From assembly GCA_003971905.1 (NCBI GenBank), contig RSEE01000009.1, positions 186,001-250,000 of the forward strand: a stretch of DNA of 64,000 nt, given 5' to 3'. Of the stretch, positions 26,042 through 38,757 are shown in pieces. The notes beneath the pieces are model-generated. The model did no database searches. It saw only the letters and a program-made list of their open reading frames with translations, and was not told the origin of the DNA. Position 1 is the stretch's first letter. Every line of letters starts with the position of its first letter. The position numbers and the translations under genes were made by a program. This DNA is from Moniliella sp. 'wahieum' (Eukaryota).

Positions 26042-26441
26042 CTAGATGACTGCATTAGTGCGCAAAGTCAAGGCATGCGCGGGTGCAATGGATAGGATGC
26101 AAGATAGAGTACAGCAGGCATGAGTCTCATGGGGGCAGCGCAAGTTACAGCTTACCATGGGAACACTTGCACGATGAGCCACAGTTGCACTCCTCATCAC
26201 ACCCGCATGAACCAAGGTTGGCCATCTGCGCAGGCTCTGCGACTGGCTTAGAGGCCATGTCTACTGGCACGGCAGGGGTAAGGAGGGGGTTAGCCTTCGT
26301 GGCGCAGCAGCTCGGTGTGCTGGGCTCGCTTGGCTTGGAGCAGCACTTGGCGGTGGGTTGAGGGGCGCAGCGGCACTGTTCGCAGTGTCAGCATGTCGGT
26401 CTCCGAGTGGAGCGGGGGAGTGGAGAGTGACGCACAGGCAT
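26042..26441 (-). CDS. Metallothionein-like protein, 77 aa, 12 Cys, three exons
   Basis: Exons 26441-26436, 26375-26156 and 26049-26042 with canonical introns give MPCRCAPQPTAKCCSKPSEPSTPSCCATKANPLLTPAVPVDMASKPVAEPAQMANLGSCGCDEECNCGSSCKCSHVI. No aromatic residues. Confidence 0.8.
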
Positions 26442-27527
26442 GATGGAAAGATGGCGGGCGGTGGGGGGGCGGTGCGGTTGTCCAATGGAGTGTGGGTACT
26501 GAGTAGACCACGGTGGGAGACGAAGAAGAAGAGGGTGGAGGAAAACGCTTCGAGCTTATAGCTACGTGGGCGCCGTGCTAGATAAGATTACGTCGCTTAC
26601 GAGAGCCACAGTTACTCCGCGGCTGGGCCTCCGCAGTGAGTGTGAGCTGCCCAACCAGGCCCAATCAGGTGCGCCCGGGTGCGGCGCCGCGGCAAGCGCG
26701 CCTTGAAGCTTGAAGCTTGACTATCCTAAGTCTGAGATTCTGAGATCGGAGATTCGGATCGATGATCAATGATTAATCACCCGAATCTGAGATGGCACGC
26801 CTGCTCCTTTTGGCGTACGTAAGCGGGGCAATCGCGCCTCGAGCGCTCAAGCTCAAGTCCGCCGGCACAGCGTCAGTGCAAAATGCATCTCTCCGTCCAC
26901 AACAGAAATACACTCTCTGGGCCGATCGTCGTGTTCCCACCACCTTTTGGCCACCAACAATCCTCACCACACGGTGTAACCAACCCACTCTCACTGCTCA
27001 CAGTTGAAGACGAGGCTCTCCGGCTCCCTATTCAAATGATGCCTAGCCACTGTGGCTAGGCATGCGTCGTTCGATCCCCAACACCAAACAGGTGGGCACT
27101 GAGCCTCTGCAAGTGTCAGCTCAGCCGCTCAGCCTGCACCATGCAATGGCGCCAACAAGCGGCTGGCTGTTCTGTATTTCTGAAGTTGGCAACCATGCTC
27201 AGAGGGCTTATGAGTATGGGCATAATACCCCCAATGAATCCGCTTGTGCTCGCCTCGTTCTCGCGTTGTGGCGAGGGTGGGGCACAGATGGAGGTGCAGG
27301 CGGGATTGTCGATCACCGATTGCCCTCGACGAATATGAAAGCTGGGCGTCGGTGCATCCTGTGGTGCCAGAAGTAATTTAATGAGACGGTCGTATGAATG
27401 TAGGGTTGGGTGGGCCAAAAGTCTCGCTTGCGCTGACGTGGAAAGACGCGTGGTGGCTTTGCACGTGAGCGGGACAAGCACCATCATCACTCCCACCATC
27501 TGATCGCTTGTGGAGTTGTCCATTGTG

Positions 27528-30500
27528 ATGGCTGCGGGGAAGCTTCGACCCCGCCGAGGAGCTACCTCCGCACGATTACGCCTGTTTCGTTGGCCATTGC
27601 TTCTTCTCTTTGCTTCCTGGCCCTCTTTCCTCTTGCCGCCTCGGCTGTATCCCCTAACCCTCACCTCGCCCTCGAGCCCGAGGGCAATGTTCAGCCTGAG
27701 CATTACACGCCCGACGAGGCCTATGACCACGCCCTCGCACTTCTTCGAAGTGTTACTCTTGCTGAGGTAACTCCCACTCCGTCGCCTGCGGCAGCGGCCA
27801 GAGAGGAGATGTGCGCTCGAGCGCGGTCGGTCGGTTCGGGGCCTCGATCCGGGGATCGGGTACAGTCCGGTCGATATCACTCTTTATGATACGGGGCCTA
27901 TGGGGCAACTGGCCAACTGGGTAAGGAAATGGTGGCGATCCCCCCCGCCTACCCGACTGGGACGATGGAAACGCCGACCGGACTTGCTGGAGTTGCGCGC
28001 TGCATCTCGAGATCACCAGACACGCACCTGGCCCGGCGCTCAGGCACGACCTCTCTGGCCGCATGGGAAGCGTACCCAGATGATGCACTTCTCGGACCAT
28101 TTTTGGGCGACGACCAGCCCTCTGAGGAGAAAAGCTACACTGACCGTGCTGCTGGGTACGTTAAGCGGGCTGTGCTGGGTCTGTTTCAGACTCGCGGCGA
28201 GGTTGAGGTGGAGACCGAAGCGAAGTGGACCCCACTTCAACGCAGGAGACAACGCGTGGCGAGTGCGGAGCGGCTCCTGTTATGGGTTGCTGCTGACCCA
28301 TTGGACGGGCCTCGGCCTTCCGCCCAAGCAATCGTGGATGACGCTCTCTCTCATCGCACCAATAGGGCTGCAAATGGCACGCTCCTTGATCCCTCTCCTA
28401 GTCTTCTTGTGCACGAACTGAACGACCGACAGTCCGATGCCTTGTGGGTCTTGGGCGAACATTTCCTCTGGGAAGCCATGGGGTGGAGGCCAATGCATCC
28501 AAAGCGCAAGCGTGCTTTGCTCGCCTGGCCGATTGACCGCAATAGTTCGGCCCATTCCCGTCTAGGCTTCCTCCATGCCAGTCGTTGGACCTCCTCGACG
28601 TCCCAGCTGGTCCACGAGGACGACGCCTCCCTCTCCACCAACTCGACTCTGATTGAGTCGGACGACGTTCCTCACCCCCAGGCCTTAGCCAACTTGCATT
28701 TCGCCACTGCCGCACGACAAGGCGACTCGGAAGGACAGATGTCACTTGCCTATCGCCACTATGCCGGTATTGGCACCAGGCCCTCGTGCTCCCTCGCCAT
28801 GCATTGGTACGAGCACGCGGCCCGACCAAGGTACGATCCCTCCGCTGTTGTTTCAATGTGGGTGACTGACCCTACCTGCAGCCTATGCGCGGTTCATATC
28901 GGGTCCCCGGGGGGACTCTCCCTGCCCCCTAAAAAGGTGCGTCTTTCGGACTTTGCTGGGGGGGTGTATGGTCCTGGAGCGTGTGGCTAGTTCGGGGTTG
29001 GAAGCCCGCAAACCTCTTATGCGAGCCATCTTGGGCAACCATCCTGGACTGGCAGGACACTGGCAGCGCCCGGGCCTCACCGATTTGCTCGAATTTTACG
29101 AGTACCATGCCAACCATGGCGAAGTCACCTTCCTCCAGCTGTTGGCCCAAATGTACTACTACGGCAGCCTCTGGGGTGGCGAGGATGCCGGTCTGATCCC
29201 ACGGGACTACAGCGAGCGCTCGAGTACTTTGTCAAGATTACCACCCAAGTCTGGCCGCGGGATAGCGGTGTGGTGGCCAGCGCCATCTCGCCGGGGATGC
29301 AACTGGACGAGAAAACGGTTCGGAGGGTCGATCCTCGCGTGGCAGGGGTGAGCGTCGAGTTGGGCAAAGAAGCTGCTCTGGCTGCCGGCAAAGTCGGCAG
29401 CATGTACCTCCGAGGCGAAGGGGTGAAACAAGACTTTTCTCGTGCCTGGGTCTGGTTCCGTCGCGGGATGGAGTGGGGCGATGCCAACTCGGTCGTGATG
29501 ACGGGGATCATGTTGCGCGATGGGCTGGGGATGGCGAGCCGAAACGTCTCCATGGCCGCTCGGTATTTCACCAAAGCCACAATGCAGTCGCGTCACCCGC
29601 GCGCCGGTCCAACTGGGCAAGATCCTATTTGACATGGGCGAATTTGCCGAGGCCCGCGAAAAGTTCCAGGCGGCGATTTTGCTTGGCAACAATTTTGAGG
29701 CGCGCTACTTTATGGGCAAGTGGACGCCGCTGCTGCACGTGCGGGCGGGGCCTACTGCCGCTCGGCGGTACAAGCATTCAAAACGGTCGTCGAAAGGGGC
29801 GATTGGGAAACTCCAACCTATGCCTTGCCCGAACGAGCCTGGCGCTTCCACGACCGGTCGGTTGCGTTGCTCGGATGGACCATGGCGGAGCGGGGGTATG
29901 AAACTGCCCAAAATAATCTCGCCTGGATCTTGGACCGAGACAAGTCCCTCCTTTCCCGTCTTCTCGGGCGAAAGGAGCAAGACGGGCGGGCGGACCGTCT
30001 GGCGTGTTGCAATGGTCCCGCTCGGCAGGCCAGGGGCAACATTGATTCGCTCGTCAAGATGGGCGACTATTATTTCCGTGGTATGGGTGCACCTGTAGAG
30101 TACAACAAGGCGGCGGCTTGCTACCAAAGTGCTTTGGACCATACTTCTTCGCTTGCCTATTGGGATATGGCGTGGATGTACGAGACGGGGCTGGGGTACC
30201 AAGAAGGAACTTTTACTTGGCCAAGCGCTATTACGATATGGCCTGGGAAATCAACCAGCAAGAACCGTATCTTCCCGTCTTCTCTCTCTCATCCGACTCC
30301 ATTGGCGCGCCTTTTGGGCTGCCATTTTGGAACGGGACACCTCGGCATTGCATCTATGGTCCCAGTACTCCTGGGGACAACCCAGTGGCAACTTTGCCTA
30401 CACGGAAACAGGAGGAACAAGCTCTTCCACCCGCCCTTGTCTCCCGAGTCTACCACCCTTGAGCAGCCTCTCGAACCCAATCCTGGCCCCGAGGACGAAT

Positions 30501-30757
30501 GGGAGCTGGAAGATGTGGAGGAAGTATCTTGGGAAGGTGTGGTGGCATTCTTGATCGTAGGCGCCTTGTCCTACCTTTACCTTGTTCGAAGAAATGTGCA
30601 AGCCCAGATTGCTCACATTGATCAAAACCTTGCCCAAGCACCGAGAGACGAAGCTGCACGACAAGATCACGAGGATTTTGAAAGCACGCATCTTTGCCGA
30701 TGCAGCCGCCAACTTGTGATGCCATCGGACACTTTTTTTGCTCTTTTGCATATGTAA
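27528..30757 (+). CDS. HRD3: Hrd3/SEL1L ERAD Sel1-repeat protein (frameshifted)
   Basis: FATAARQGDSEGQMSLAYRHYAGIGT..C..A..WY, MYLRGEGVKQDF, FKTVVERGDW, MAERGYETAQNNLAWILD, NIDSLVKMGDYYF, and a C-terminal TM. Confidence 0.9.
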
Positions 30758-30911
30758 ACGGTACCGCGCGGGTGCCTGGCCCCACCCAGTCGTCCCAACA
30801 AGGGATTCGCCCGGTATTCGTGATCTTGTCGTGCTTCGTAGCCGCCGCGTATATTCCCTATTTTACCTCTCAATCCACTCTTCCATGACGCATCATTCGT
30901 TGTCCCCACCT

Positions 30912-30953
30912 AAAGAACCAAGTATAGAACCAAGTAAAGAACCAAGTAAAGAA
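30912..30953. repeat. 12-bp tandem repeat (AAAGAACCAAGT) x3.5
   Basis: aaagaaccaagt atagaaccaagt aaagaaccaagt aaagaa. Confidence 0.85.
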
Positions 30954-31397
30954 CGATGGATGGGTAGTGTTCGTCGCAATGGTTCGGGCCTGGCAGGCGT
31001 AGCATAATATGGATCATGGAACCAGCACCCTTGCATTTTGGCCCCGTTTCCTCGTTGCTCGTCGCGAACACAGTGCTGTTGTCCATCCTACTGTTTCGGC
31101 CAAGCCCAAATATAGGACAGCCTCTCTTCTCTCTTCGATCGATAGTTCCCGCATCGAACGTCACAAGACCAGCGCCCCTCCGTTGTCTCTCACTTTCGAG
31201 GGACAGCATGGGCGCATCTAACTCACGGATACGCCCGCTCTCTCTGAAAAGGCTGTGGGGACCGGTTATGCCACACGCTGACATCAACGTTCAACGTTCA
31301 GCGCTCAGCCGAGATCATGGTCTGATACGTTGAAGGAGAAGGAGGGGGTAGGTGGGTTGAGCGCGTTGAGCGCCGTTTGAGCAAAGGCTGGCGGGAT

Positions 31398-31886
31398 TTA
31401 GCTGTCATTGATGACAGTGGGGCAGCATAGAATTAACGTAGCCACGGTTTGAGCCAATTTTTGTGGGTCGATGGGCTGCTTGGCTTCTTCTCCCCACATC
31501 CCACGCGCAGGTAATTTTTGCGATGAGGGACTTTCTTGCGCCAGCGAGCGACTCGGGGCCTGCCATGAATCGGGTATGCTATACGTCGCCCCTGCATCGC
31601 GAACCGCTGTGCTGTACGCATCTTCGTTTGCGGGGGAGACACCTGGGGGAGAGGGCTGAGGCTGGGGGAGCGCTGAGCGCCGATAATGGGCTATAGGATC
31701 ATGGCTTGGCTGAGAGACAGCCCAGGGCGTTGGGTACGAATGCTGTTGCGTGTATGGAGAGCCGCGGGGAACGGAGGAAGAAGAGACGCCGAGAAAGGCG
31801 CTAAAGCGGCGAGATGCTAAGGAGAATCGAATTGTAGAGAGGACGGGTAAACAGAGTGTGGTTTTTGGGCGACTCTCATTCAACAT
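31398..31886 (-). CDS. Hypothetical protein fragment (probably spliced onward)
   Basis: 162-aa Pro/Ser-rich ORF with a possible acceptor (ctaaatcccgccag) at about 31388. No recognised motif. Confidence 0.3.
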   Translation of the reverse strand: MLNESRPKTTLCLPVLSTIRFSLASRRFSAFLGVSSSSVPRGSPYTQQHSYPTPWAVSQPSHDPIAHYRRSALPQPQPSPPGVSPANEDAYSTAVRDAGATYSIPDSWQAPSRSLAQESPSSQKLPARGMWGEEAKQPIDPQKLAQTVATLILCCPTVINDS

Positions 31887-32088
31887 GGCAAGCTGGGGGC
31901 AAAGGGATCCCCATGCATGCTAAGGAGGTGTGGCGTTGAGGGTGGGGCATCCTGGAGGGGTGACCAACTGGAATGGTATGGAAAAGACGTTCGGATGGTG
32001 GAAGCAGACGAGATGATGGACAATGGAGAGTTGGATTCGGCACTCGTTCTCCTGGTTGGCCTGACATGTGAACGTTGTGATCATCCGA

Positions 32089-33485
32089 TGTTGACTGTGA
32101 TCCTCTGGCTCCCAGTCGGTAGACCAGGTTCGCCTCGGTTCCATCGGCTTCCACGCTGACGTCCCTGCGTGTCACTGTCCCTGTGCCCTGCACTCTCTCC
32201 TGTGTGACTCACTGTCCCTGTGCCTAGTCCAGCCTCCTATATAGATGCCTCTGTACCCAGACCCAACTCTGGCTCCAATCCATCACCTTCTCCTCATCCT
32301 TCTGCCCGTCCGGCTCCCTAGGCCAACAGAGCTACAATCTGATCCCCCCGGAAGGGGAGCGCTCTTCAAGCAAGCCCACCCCCAAGCCTACAAGCCAAGC
32401 TAAGCCGCCAAGCCCACAAGACACACCCGTCCTCCCGCCCAACAACACCACCGCCACAATCGGCGCCTTACCGCCACAATCGGCATACTACCGCCACAAT
32501 CGGCATACTACCGCCACAATCGGCACACTCGTCCCCCACAGATGGGGCAATGATTTTTAGGGACAACACACGACGGAACAAAACGTGTCGGGTATCGTCA
32601 ACGAGACGAAATTCCTCCAACGACAAAACGGCGCAGGCGAATCGCAGAAAGCGGGGGTGGCTGCTCATCAAGTGCCCCACCCACGGCTACACGCCCGGAT
32701 TGCCAATTCATCCGGGGCACCTGGGGAAAGGATGGGGGGGGTGGTCACCCAACTTCTTCCACTCCTCTTTTTCAACAACAAGAGAACCCAAACAGATCAA
32801 GACGGTTGACGCATAGCGCCCGTTCATTTCCCATGCCCAATGGACCCCACTGGCACCAGGCATGCGGAACCAAACAACTACCAAACGCATCCAATTTTGA
32901 TGCCAAACGACCTTGGACCGCATTTACTCCAAGTTTCCAATTTTCTTTCACTACACCCTATAACTGGTGCTTTTTACTTTTGCCCACCAAATCGCTTCGG
33001 GGCGCAACCCCTACTACTTTTACTTCTAAGACTTCTACAAGCATCTGGCGGTCGCACAATACACCAACCACAAGCGCTCGGCTCGTTCAGGTGTCATCCT
33101 GGACAGCGGGGTGTAGGCCAGTCGTGTGGCCATGCACAACTCCAGGCCATTCGTCCCGGTTGCCACTCAAGTCCTCCCCTCTCTACATCCACTGGCAGGA
33201 GCTCATCCCACAACCGATGTCTCCGGGTTCCCTGGCCAGCGGGGGTGTTGACTGTGATCCTCTGGCTCCCAGTCGGTAGACCAGGTTCGCCTCGGTTCCA
33301 TCGGCTTCCACGCTGACGTCCCTGCGTGTCACTGTCCCTGTGCCCTGCACTCTCTCCTGTGTGACTCACTGTCCCTGTGCCTAGTCCAGCCTCCTATATA
33401 GATGCCTCTGTACCCAGACCCAACTCTGGCTCCAATCCATCACCTTCTCCTCATCCTTCTGCCCGTCCGGCTCCCTAGGCCAACA
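32089..33485 (+). mobile_element. Non-autonomous LTR retroelement (TRIM-like), 1397 bp
   Basis: Identical 240-bp LTRs at 32089-32328 and 33246-33485 (TGTTG...CAACA), 5-bp TSD TCCGA (32084-88 and 33486-90), PBS-like GAGCTACAATC, G-run before the 3' LTR, no intact pol. Confidence 0.93.
32449..32528. repeat. 20-bp tandem repeat x4 inside the TRIM-like element
   Basis: (TACCGCCACAATCGGCATAC)n with variant first and last units. Confidence 0.9.
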
Positions 33486-35371
33486 TCCGAAGCTTGGCCT
33501 GCGCCGGCAGCCGCAGGCGCATATACTGATGAATGCCAGCAGATGCGTACCCCGCACTCGTCAACAGAAGACAGCGGGGCAGGGCCGCAGTGAGCTGCTT
33601 GCTCGGTGGCCTGCCTGGGTGGGGGCGGTGACCGGTGATATGCTTCTCGTTTGATGCATGATGCATGGTGCAGGATGCCAAGGTTGAATATTGAACGATG
33701 GTCGATGAACGTATGATGTGCCGGATAGTTGTGCGGGCTGATGCACTGCTGCTGGGGGGCCCTGCGGGAATAGCGAACGTACTGGAGTCGTGAGCTTGAA
33801 GCTTGAAGCTTGAAGCGTGCCTTGCACGTGACACGTTTGCGTCACTCCTGTAGCGGCAAAGCAGGGCAAAGCCGTGGCAAACCTAACCGACGAAGATGAC
33901 AGGGACGAAATGACCAGTGAGATTGGTGAAATTTGATCGATCGGAGCAGAGGGGCAGGCCACGGATCACTGCCTGGGAACTGGGAAGCGGTGCCCGGGTG
34001 GAAGGAGTATAGCCGATGGTATACCCGTCTGCCCAGCAACCCAGAGCCAACGCGGGGCGCCGGGGGCCGCGACGCTTGCCATCGGAGAGAAGGAGACGCA
34101 CAACAGAAAGCTGAAGGGCGAAAGCGTAAGCGCTTGAAGCTTAACTGCGCCTGTCCCGGCTCAGCCGGCCCAGGCGCAGCGGGAATAAGCGTGCTGGTGA
34201 GCCGAAGGCGTGGCGCGGGGACAGTGCGTGCTGCGGGGGCGTTCAGCCGGCGGGACCATTCTGTCGGCAGCAAGCATGGGCGGGAGCCGCAAGCGGCGGG
34301 CGTGGGGCCTGGGGCAGCACAGCGCTCTTCTGGCGCGTGTCCATGTCAAGCGACGCTTGAAATGTCTAGCTCCACGCCCCAGGCAAGCGCACCATTCCGA
34401 GTACTCATCAGACTGAGTACGTCAAGTTGAGCGCGTGGAGTACGTTGAACTCAACTCAGCGCTGAGCCTCAGCGTTCGCTGCAGGCACAACTGCGTCCAC
34501 CATACAGCCCCCTCGCCGTCTGATGGCCCCGTCTCTCTGGCCGTTGCGACGGATGGGACCACCATCGACATCATCCATCGTCCCAGATAGAGGCACCGGT
34601 GCGCGGCACTCTGTTGTACAGTACTGCCCCACCAGCCATCCCTTACGACGACGGTTGATATCGAGTCAGTGAGACCGGTGCAGATACAGAGCCCCCCTGT
34701 GGGGCATCCTCTGTTGTTCCCGCCCCTCCCTCGGACCGGCAGCTGCTCCATGTCTGACCGGCCGATGACCGACCTCGATGACCCGACGACGAAGGCTGCC
34801 ACGACACAGCAGGCCTTCTTCGGCGGCTTTTGGGCAGCAATTCTGTCCAAGCCAGTTGGGGAGGAGCCACCCACACCAGAAGACCAAAGCGCTGCCTCTG
34901 GTGGTGCGCTCAGCGCTCATGCCTGCTGGGCCATCGCTAGTCACGGCAAGTCACTCGTCTGGATGGGCTGCCATGGGTGCGTCATCTGCGCTACTCTCCG
35001 CTGGGGCCGAGCCTCAGGCCTCCGGCGCCTCAGCACCTCAGGGCCCCGGCTCAACCTCCAAGGCAGGGGCCTCCATTGCCTTGGGTGCGCTGGCCAGCAC
35101 ATGGGCGGGGCAGGCTCCCTCATGGCTTTTGCGTGTCCATGTCCCCCCAACCCATTTGTCTATTCACTACTGTCAGTCTGCAGCAGGGACTGACAATCGA
35201 TGATCGATCAATTGGCCCTAGTACCTAGTCTTCATCAGCGCAACACCCCTCCCCCCTCTCCCCCACACACACCTACAGGTATAAAGACTCATTGCCTGCT
35301 CTGCCGTCCTTGTCGATCGCCTGTCTTCATCCCCACCCACACCTGTCCAACGCCTTCTTGCCTCCTTCCTC

Positions 35372-36482
35372 ATGAGCTCCAGCCACGAAGAGATGAAGTC
35401 CGCCGCGGCTGGGATCCAGCACTCCACCGGCGACATGCACACTCCACCAGCAACCGATGCGGGCCATACCGTGGCAGATGCTTCGCACACCAGCTTCCCA
35501 GCCTTGCTGCGTGCCGGACCGCAGGCGGTCACACGGTTGACACATCTCAGCCGGCATTCCCCGTGTACCATCGGTAAGCATTTGTGCCATTCCTCCATTG
35601 TGTCTCTCCACCCTTGCTCTGGTACTCCATGAACGACCAACAGAACTGACCACGGCGCGCATACAGGAAGTTCGGTTCGCCCTCGCCGTTGGGCCTGATG
35701 GGATTCGCTTCGACCACCTGGGTTCTTTCTCTGTTCAATGTCGGTACTCGGGGCGTTTCCCATCCTGAACTCATCGTTTCTCTTTGTGTGGCCACGGGAG
35801 GCGTTGCGCAGTTTGTTGCGGGTGTGTGGGAGTTTGCCTGTGGTAACACCTTTGGTGCAGCAGTTTTCGTACGTTTTACCAACCATACCCCGTCTTGTCA
35901 TGCCTCTCTTCGGCACGCCCGTCAGTTGCAGCCTTTACTAACTCACCATCTTTCGTCTCGTCCTCTTTTTCTTCATCGGCTCTCGCTTTATTGAACAGTG
36001 CATGTGTACGTGTTTGTTAATCGACCCATATGGCAAGATGCTGCCATTGCCGTCCACTCCACATATCTTGCTGTATTAGGCATGTGCTGACTGATTCCTT
36101 TCTCTCCTCACGACGGCTCCTTCTGGTGGGCCTATGCGTGCATCTTTATTCCCTGGTTCGGCATCCAGGCCGCGGTTCCTCCAGATGAGCTCCCAAACGC
36201 GATTGGGATCTTCCTCAGTGCCTGGGTAATCGTGACATTCATCTTCCTTTCGGCGTGCATCCGAAGCTCTGTCGCGCTCGTCTCCACCGTCTTTTTCCTC
36301 TGGCTCACCTTCATCCTGCTGATGGCGGCCGAATTTTCTGGCAGCTCTCATGTTCAACGGCCGGCGGAGCGATAGGAATCGTCACTGCCCTCTTGGCATT
36401 CTATACCGCGGCCTGTGGTCTGTGCGATGGAACTACCTCAATCTTCCGTCTCCCTGCCGGCGACCTGACCCGCTCGGATTAA
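35372..36482 (+). CDS. Gpr1/Fun34/YaaH (Ato/Ady2) acetate transporter
   Basis: SQPAFPVYHR-(intron)-KFGSPSPLGLMGFASTT, GGVAQFVAGVWEFACGNTFGA, YGSFW. Two introns. Confidence 0.92.
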
Positions 36483-36972
36483 GCCTTCTTCATCCCCTCA
36501 GTCCCCGCGGTTCCTCTTCCTCCTCCTCCTATCCCTTTTGTTGGCCCGGCTTTTCCCTATCGCACACCCTTTTCATCGTCTCTGCTCACGACCTAACCTT
36601 CGAAGACGAATAAGATACATTTCACGAATGTACAAAAAAATCACATTCTGATGTGGAGCAGTGTCTTCTTTTGATCGTCCGTCGTGACGTATACGACGCC
36701 ACAGGAGTAGTACTATGCATAGTGAGAGGGGCATGAGGTTCCCCAGATTCTCGCTCGCATTCTTAATAGCGCGGGCCTACTATGTAACATCGGATATGAC
36801 ACCCTGCAGGATGGCGTCCCTTCAGCAATGGTCTGGATGGTCACGGTATGCTGATGGTATTACGATGAGAATGTGATTGGTGCCTTGATAGTAAAGGAGT
36901 CTTGTCATGCATCATGGGGATGCCGTAGTATGTATAACCGGTGAAAAATGGTGTACTACTGCGGCCTCAGAG

Positions 36973-38757
36973 TTATTCACGCTTCTCCCAATCCTGAATT
37001 TTCTTGGGGTCTTTGCTTGCAGTTTCATCCTCCATCGACGTACAATAAGGAGTGCTCTTGTCCTCCCATATTTGCTTTGCGAACGGCGAATGAGTTCGTA
37101 GGCGCTGGCCGTAGACCAAAAGGGCAAACGGGACCAAGCCCAGCTACTACTACTCCGATTCCGGCAACGATACTGGTTGCCACCTGAGATTTGAGGTTGG
37201 TGTACATAGCCTCTCCGATCAAGGGCACGACGGCTGCACCTATATTGCGAGCCCACGAGTTGGCTGCCAAGGCGGAGCTGGAAAAGTGTTCGTAGACGTC
37301 CGACAGGTAGGAAAAAATGCCGACATAGATCAGGTAAATCCCCACATTGCCCAAGGTGAAGCCGACGATGCCGACAGCTGCGTTGGTGTACGGCTTCTGA
37401 CCATCCAAACCAGAACATGGATATGGGAAACACGATGGCCCCAGCGCAAGGGTAAAGCAAACGAGCTTCCGGGGGGGTCTGTCCAGCTTCGTCTTTCTTG
37501 TAAGTGCGGTAGAGGTAGTCCTGGTGCCAGCCAGTCCCCACCCGATCACACCTGCAACCCCGACGGCGAGGAGGACAAGGCAGGACTGGATTTGAGTAAA
37601 GCCATGCGCTGCGGCCATAGTGACAGGCACACTGGAAAGAAAGAGAAACACGATGCCCCAGATGAAGGCAAGGTAAACCGAGGTCGACAAACAAACGGGT
37701 TCAAACAAAAGAAAGACAAACGGACGGCTTAAAGAGGTCCACACCATCCTCATCACGCTTTCCCCATCGTCCCCCTTGGCGTGGTAGATTGTGCCGTCGC
37801 CTTCCTTTGTCATCTTCTTGGCCCTGCGGCGCAAGATGATCAGTCCCCGCGTCTCTGACATAAAGAGCAGCATCAGCACACCGCATACCCCATTCGCGAT
37901 CGCTTGCGTCCAAAATCCACCTCCAATTGAGTTTGGCCAGCCCGGCGCCCATGATGGGCCCGATGCCTTGGCCGAGAAAAACTGCGAGACTAAATAACCC
38001 CACATACAGGCCTCGGTCTTTGGACTCGAATAGGTCCGACACACACCCAGCCACCATGCTGTTCCCAACGGAGCACTGTGACACACTGAAGTTGTTAACG
38101 TCTCCTTCTTTCGGTTGGTGGATACCATGGGAAGAAAGGCGAGGAAACAAGACGTACAGCGAGGCCATGAAAAATGCGCGTAACGAAAAAAGTAGTGATG
38201 TTCTTGGCCAAGGCTTGTGGGATGAAGGTCACGACATACAACCAGATGGAGGCGGTATAGATCGGCCGCCTACCTAGCACCTCGCTGAGTGGGGCAAGCG
38301 CCATGGGGCCAAAGGCAATGCAAGTAAGGGTAACTGTGATGACCAGTAGGTACACATACACGCCCACAGGGATATCTTGGATTACCCCCAGCCTGCCATC
38401 CGTATAGCTTGCCCCATTCAAGCCGACCAGAAATGCATACAGAAAACATATTCCAAGCACTACATGCTTCTTCCCTGTTAGGAACCAACATAAGACCAGG
38501 TCAGGATAAAGGAGGCGCAGGAGGTGGAGATAGAGGCGGGGACATACACAATGGCCAATTCATCGGGTTTTCCTTATCCCCCACTGGGAAACTGATGGTC
38601 ACATAGCGTTGACCATCTTTCACCGCAGGATCCAGCTCACCGGCCTCACCGTTCACCAACTGTGCGCTCCCGCCCTCCTCGGCGGCAATGCTGAAGGCAG
38701 CGTAGGTTCTTCTGCATCGGCGAGAGGTTCAGGTTTACCGCCTGAGGTACAGGTCAT
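36973..38757 (-). CDS. MFS transporter, DHA1 (drug:H+ antiporter) family
   Basis: DKENPMNWP, GPMALAPLSEVLGRRPIY, MSETRG, SLSRPFVFLLFEPV, YLSDVY..SSSALAA. Frameshifted. Confidence 0.9.

Noticed and set aside
32449..32528. Possible CRISPR-like array
   Set aside because: Contiguous 20-bp tandem units with no unique spacers, in a eukaryotic context.
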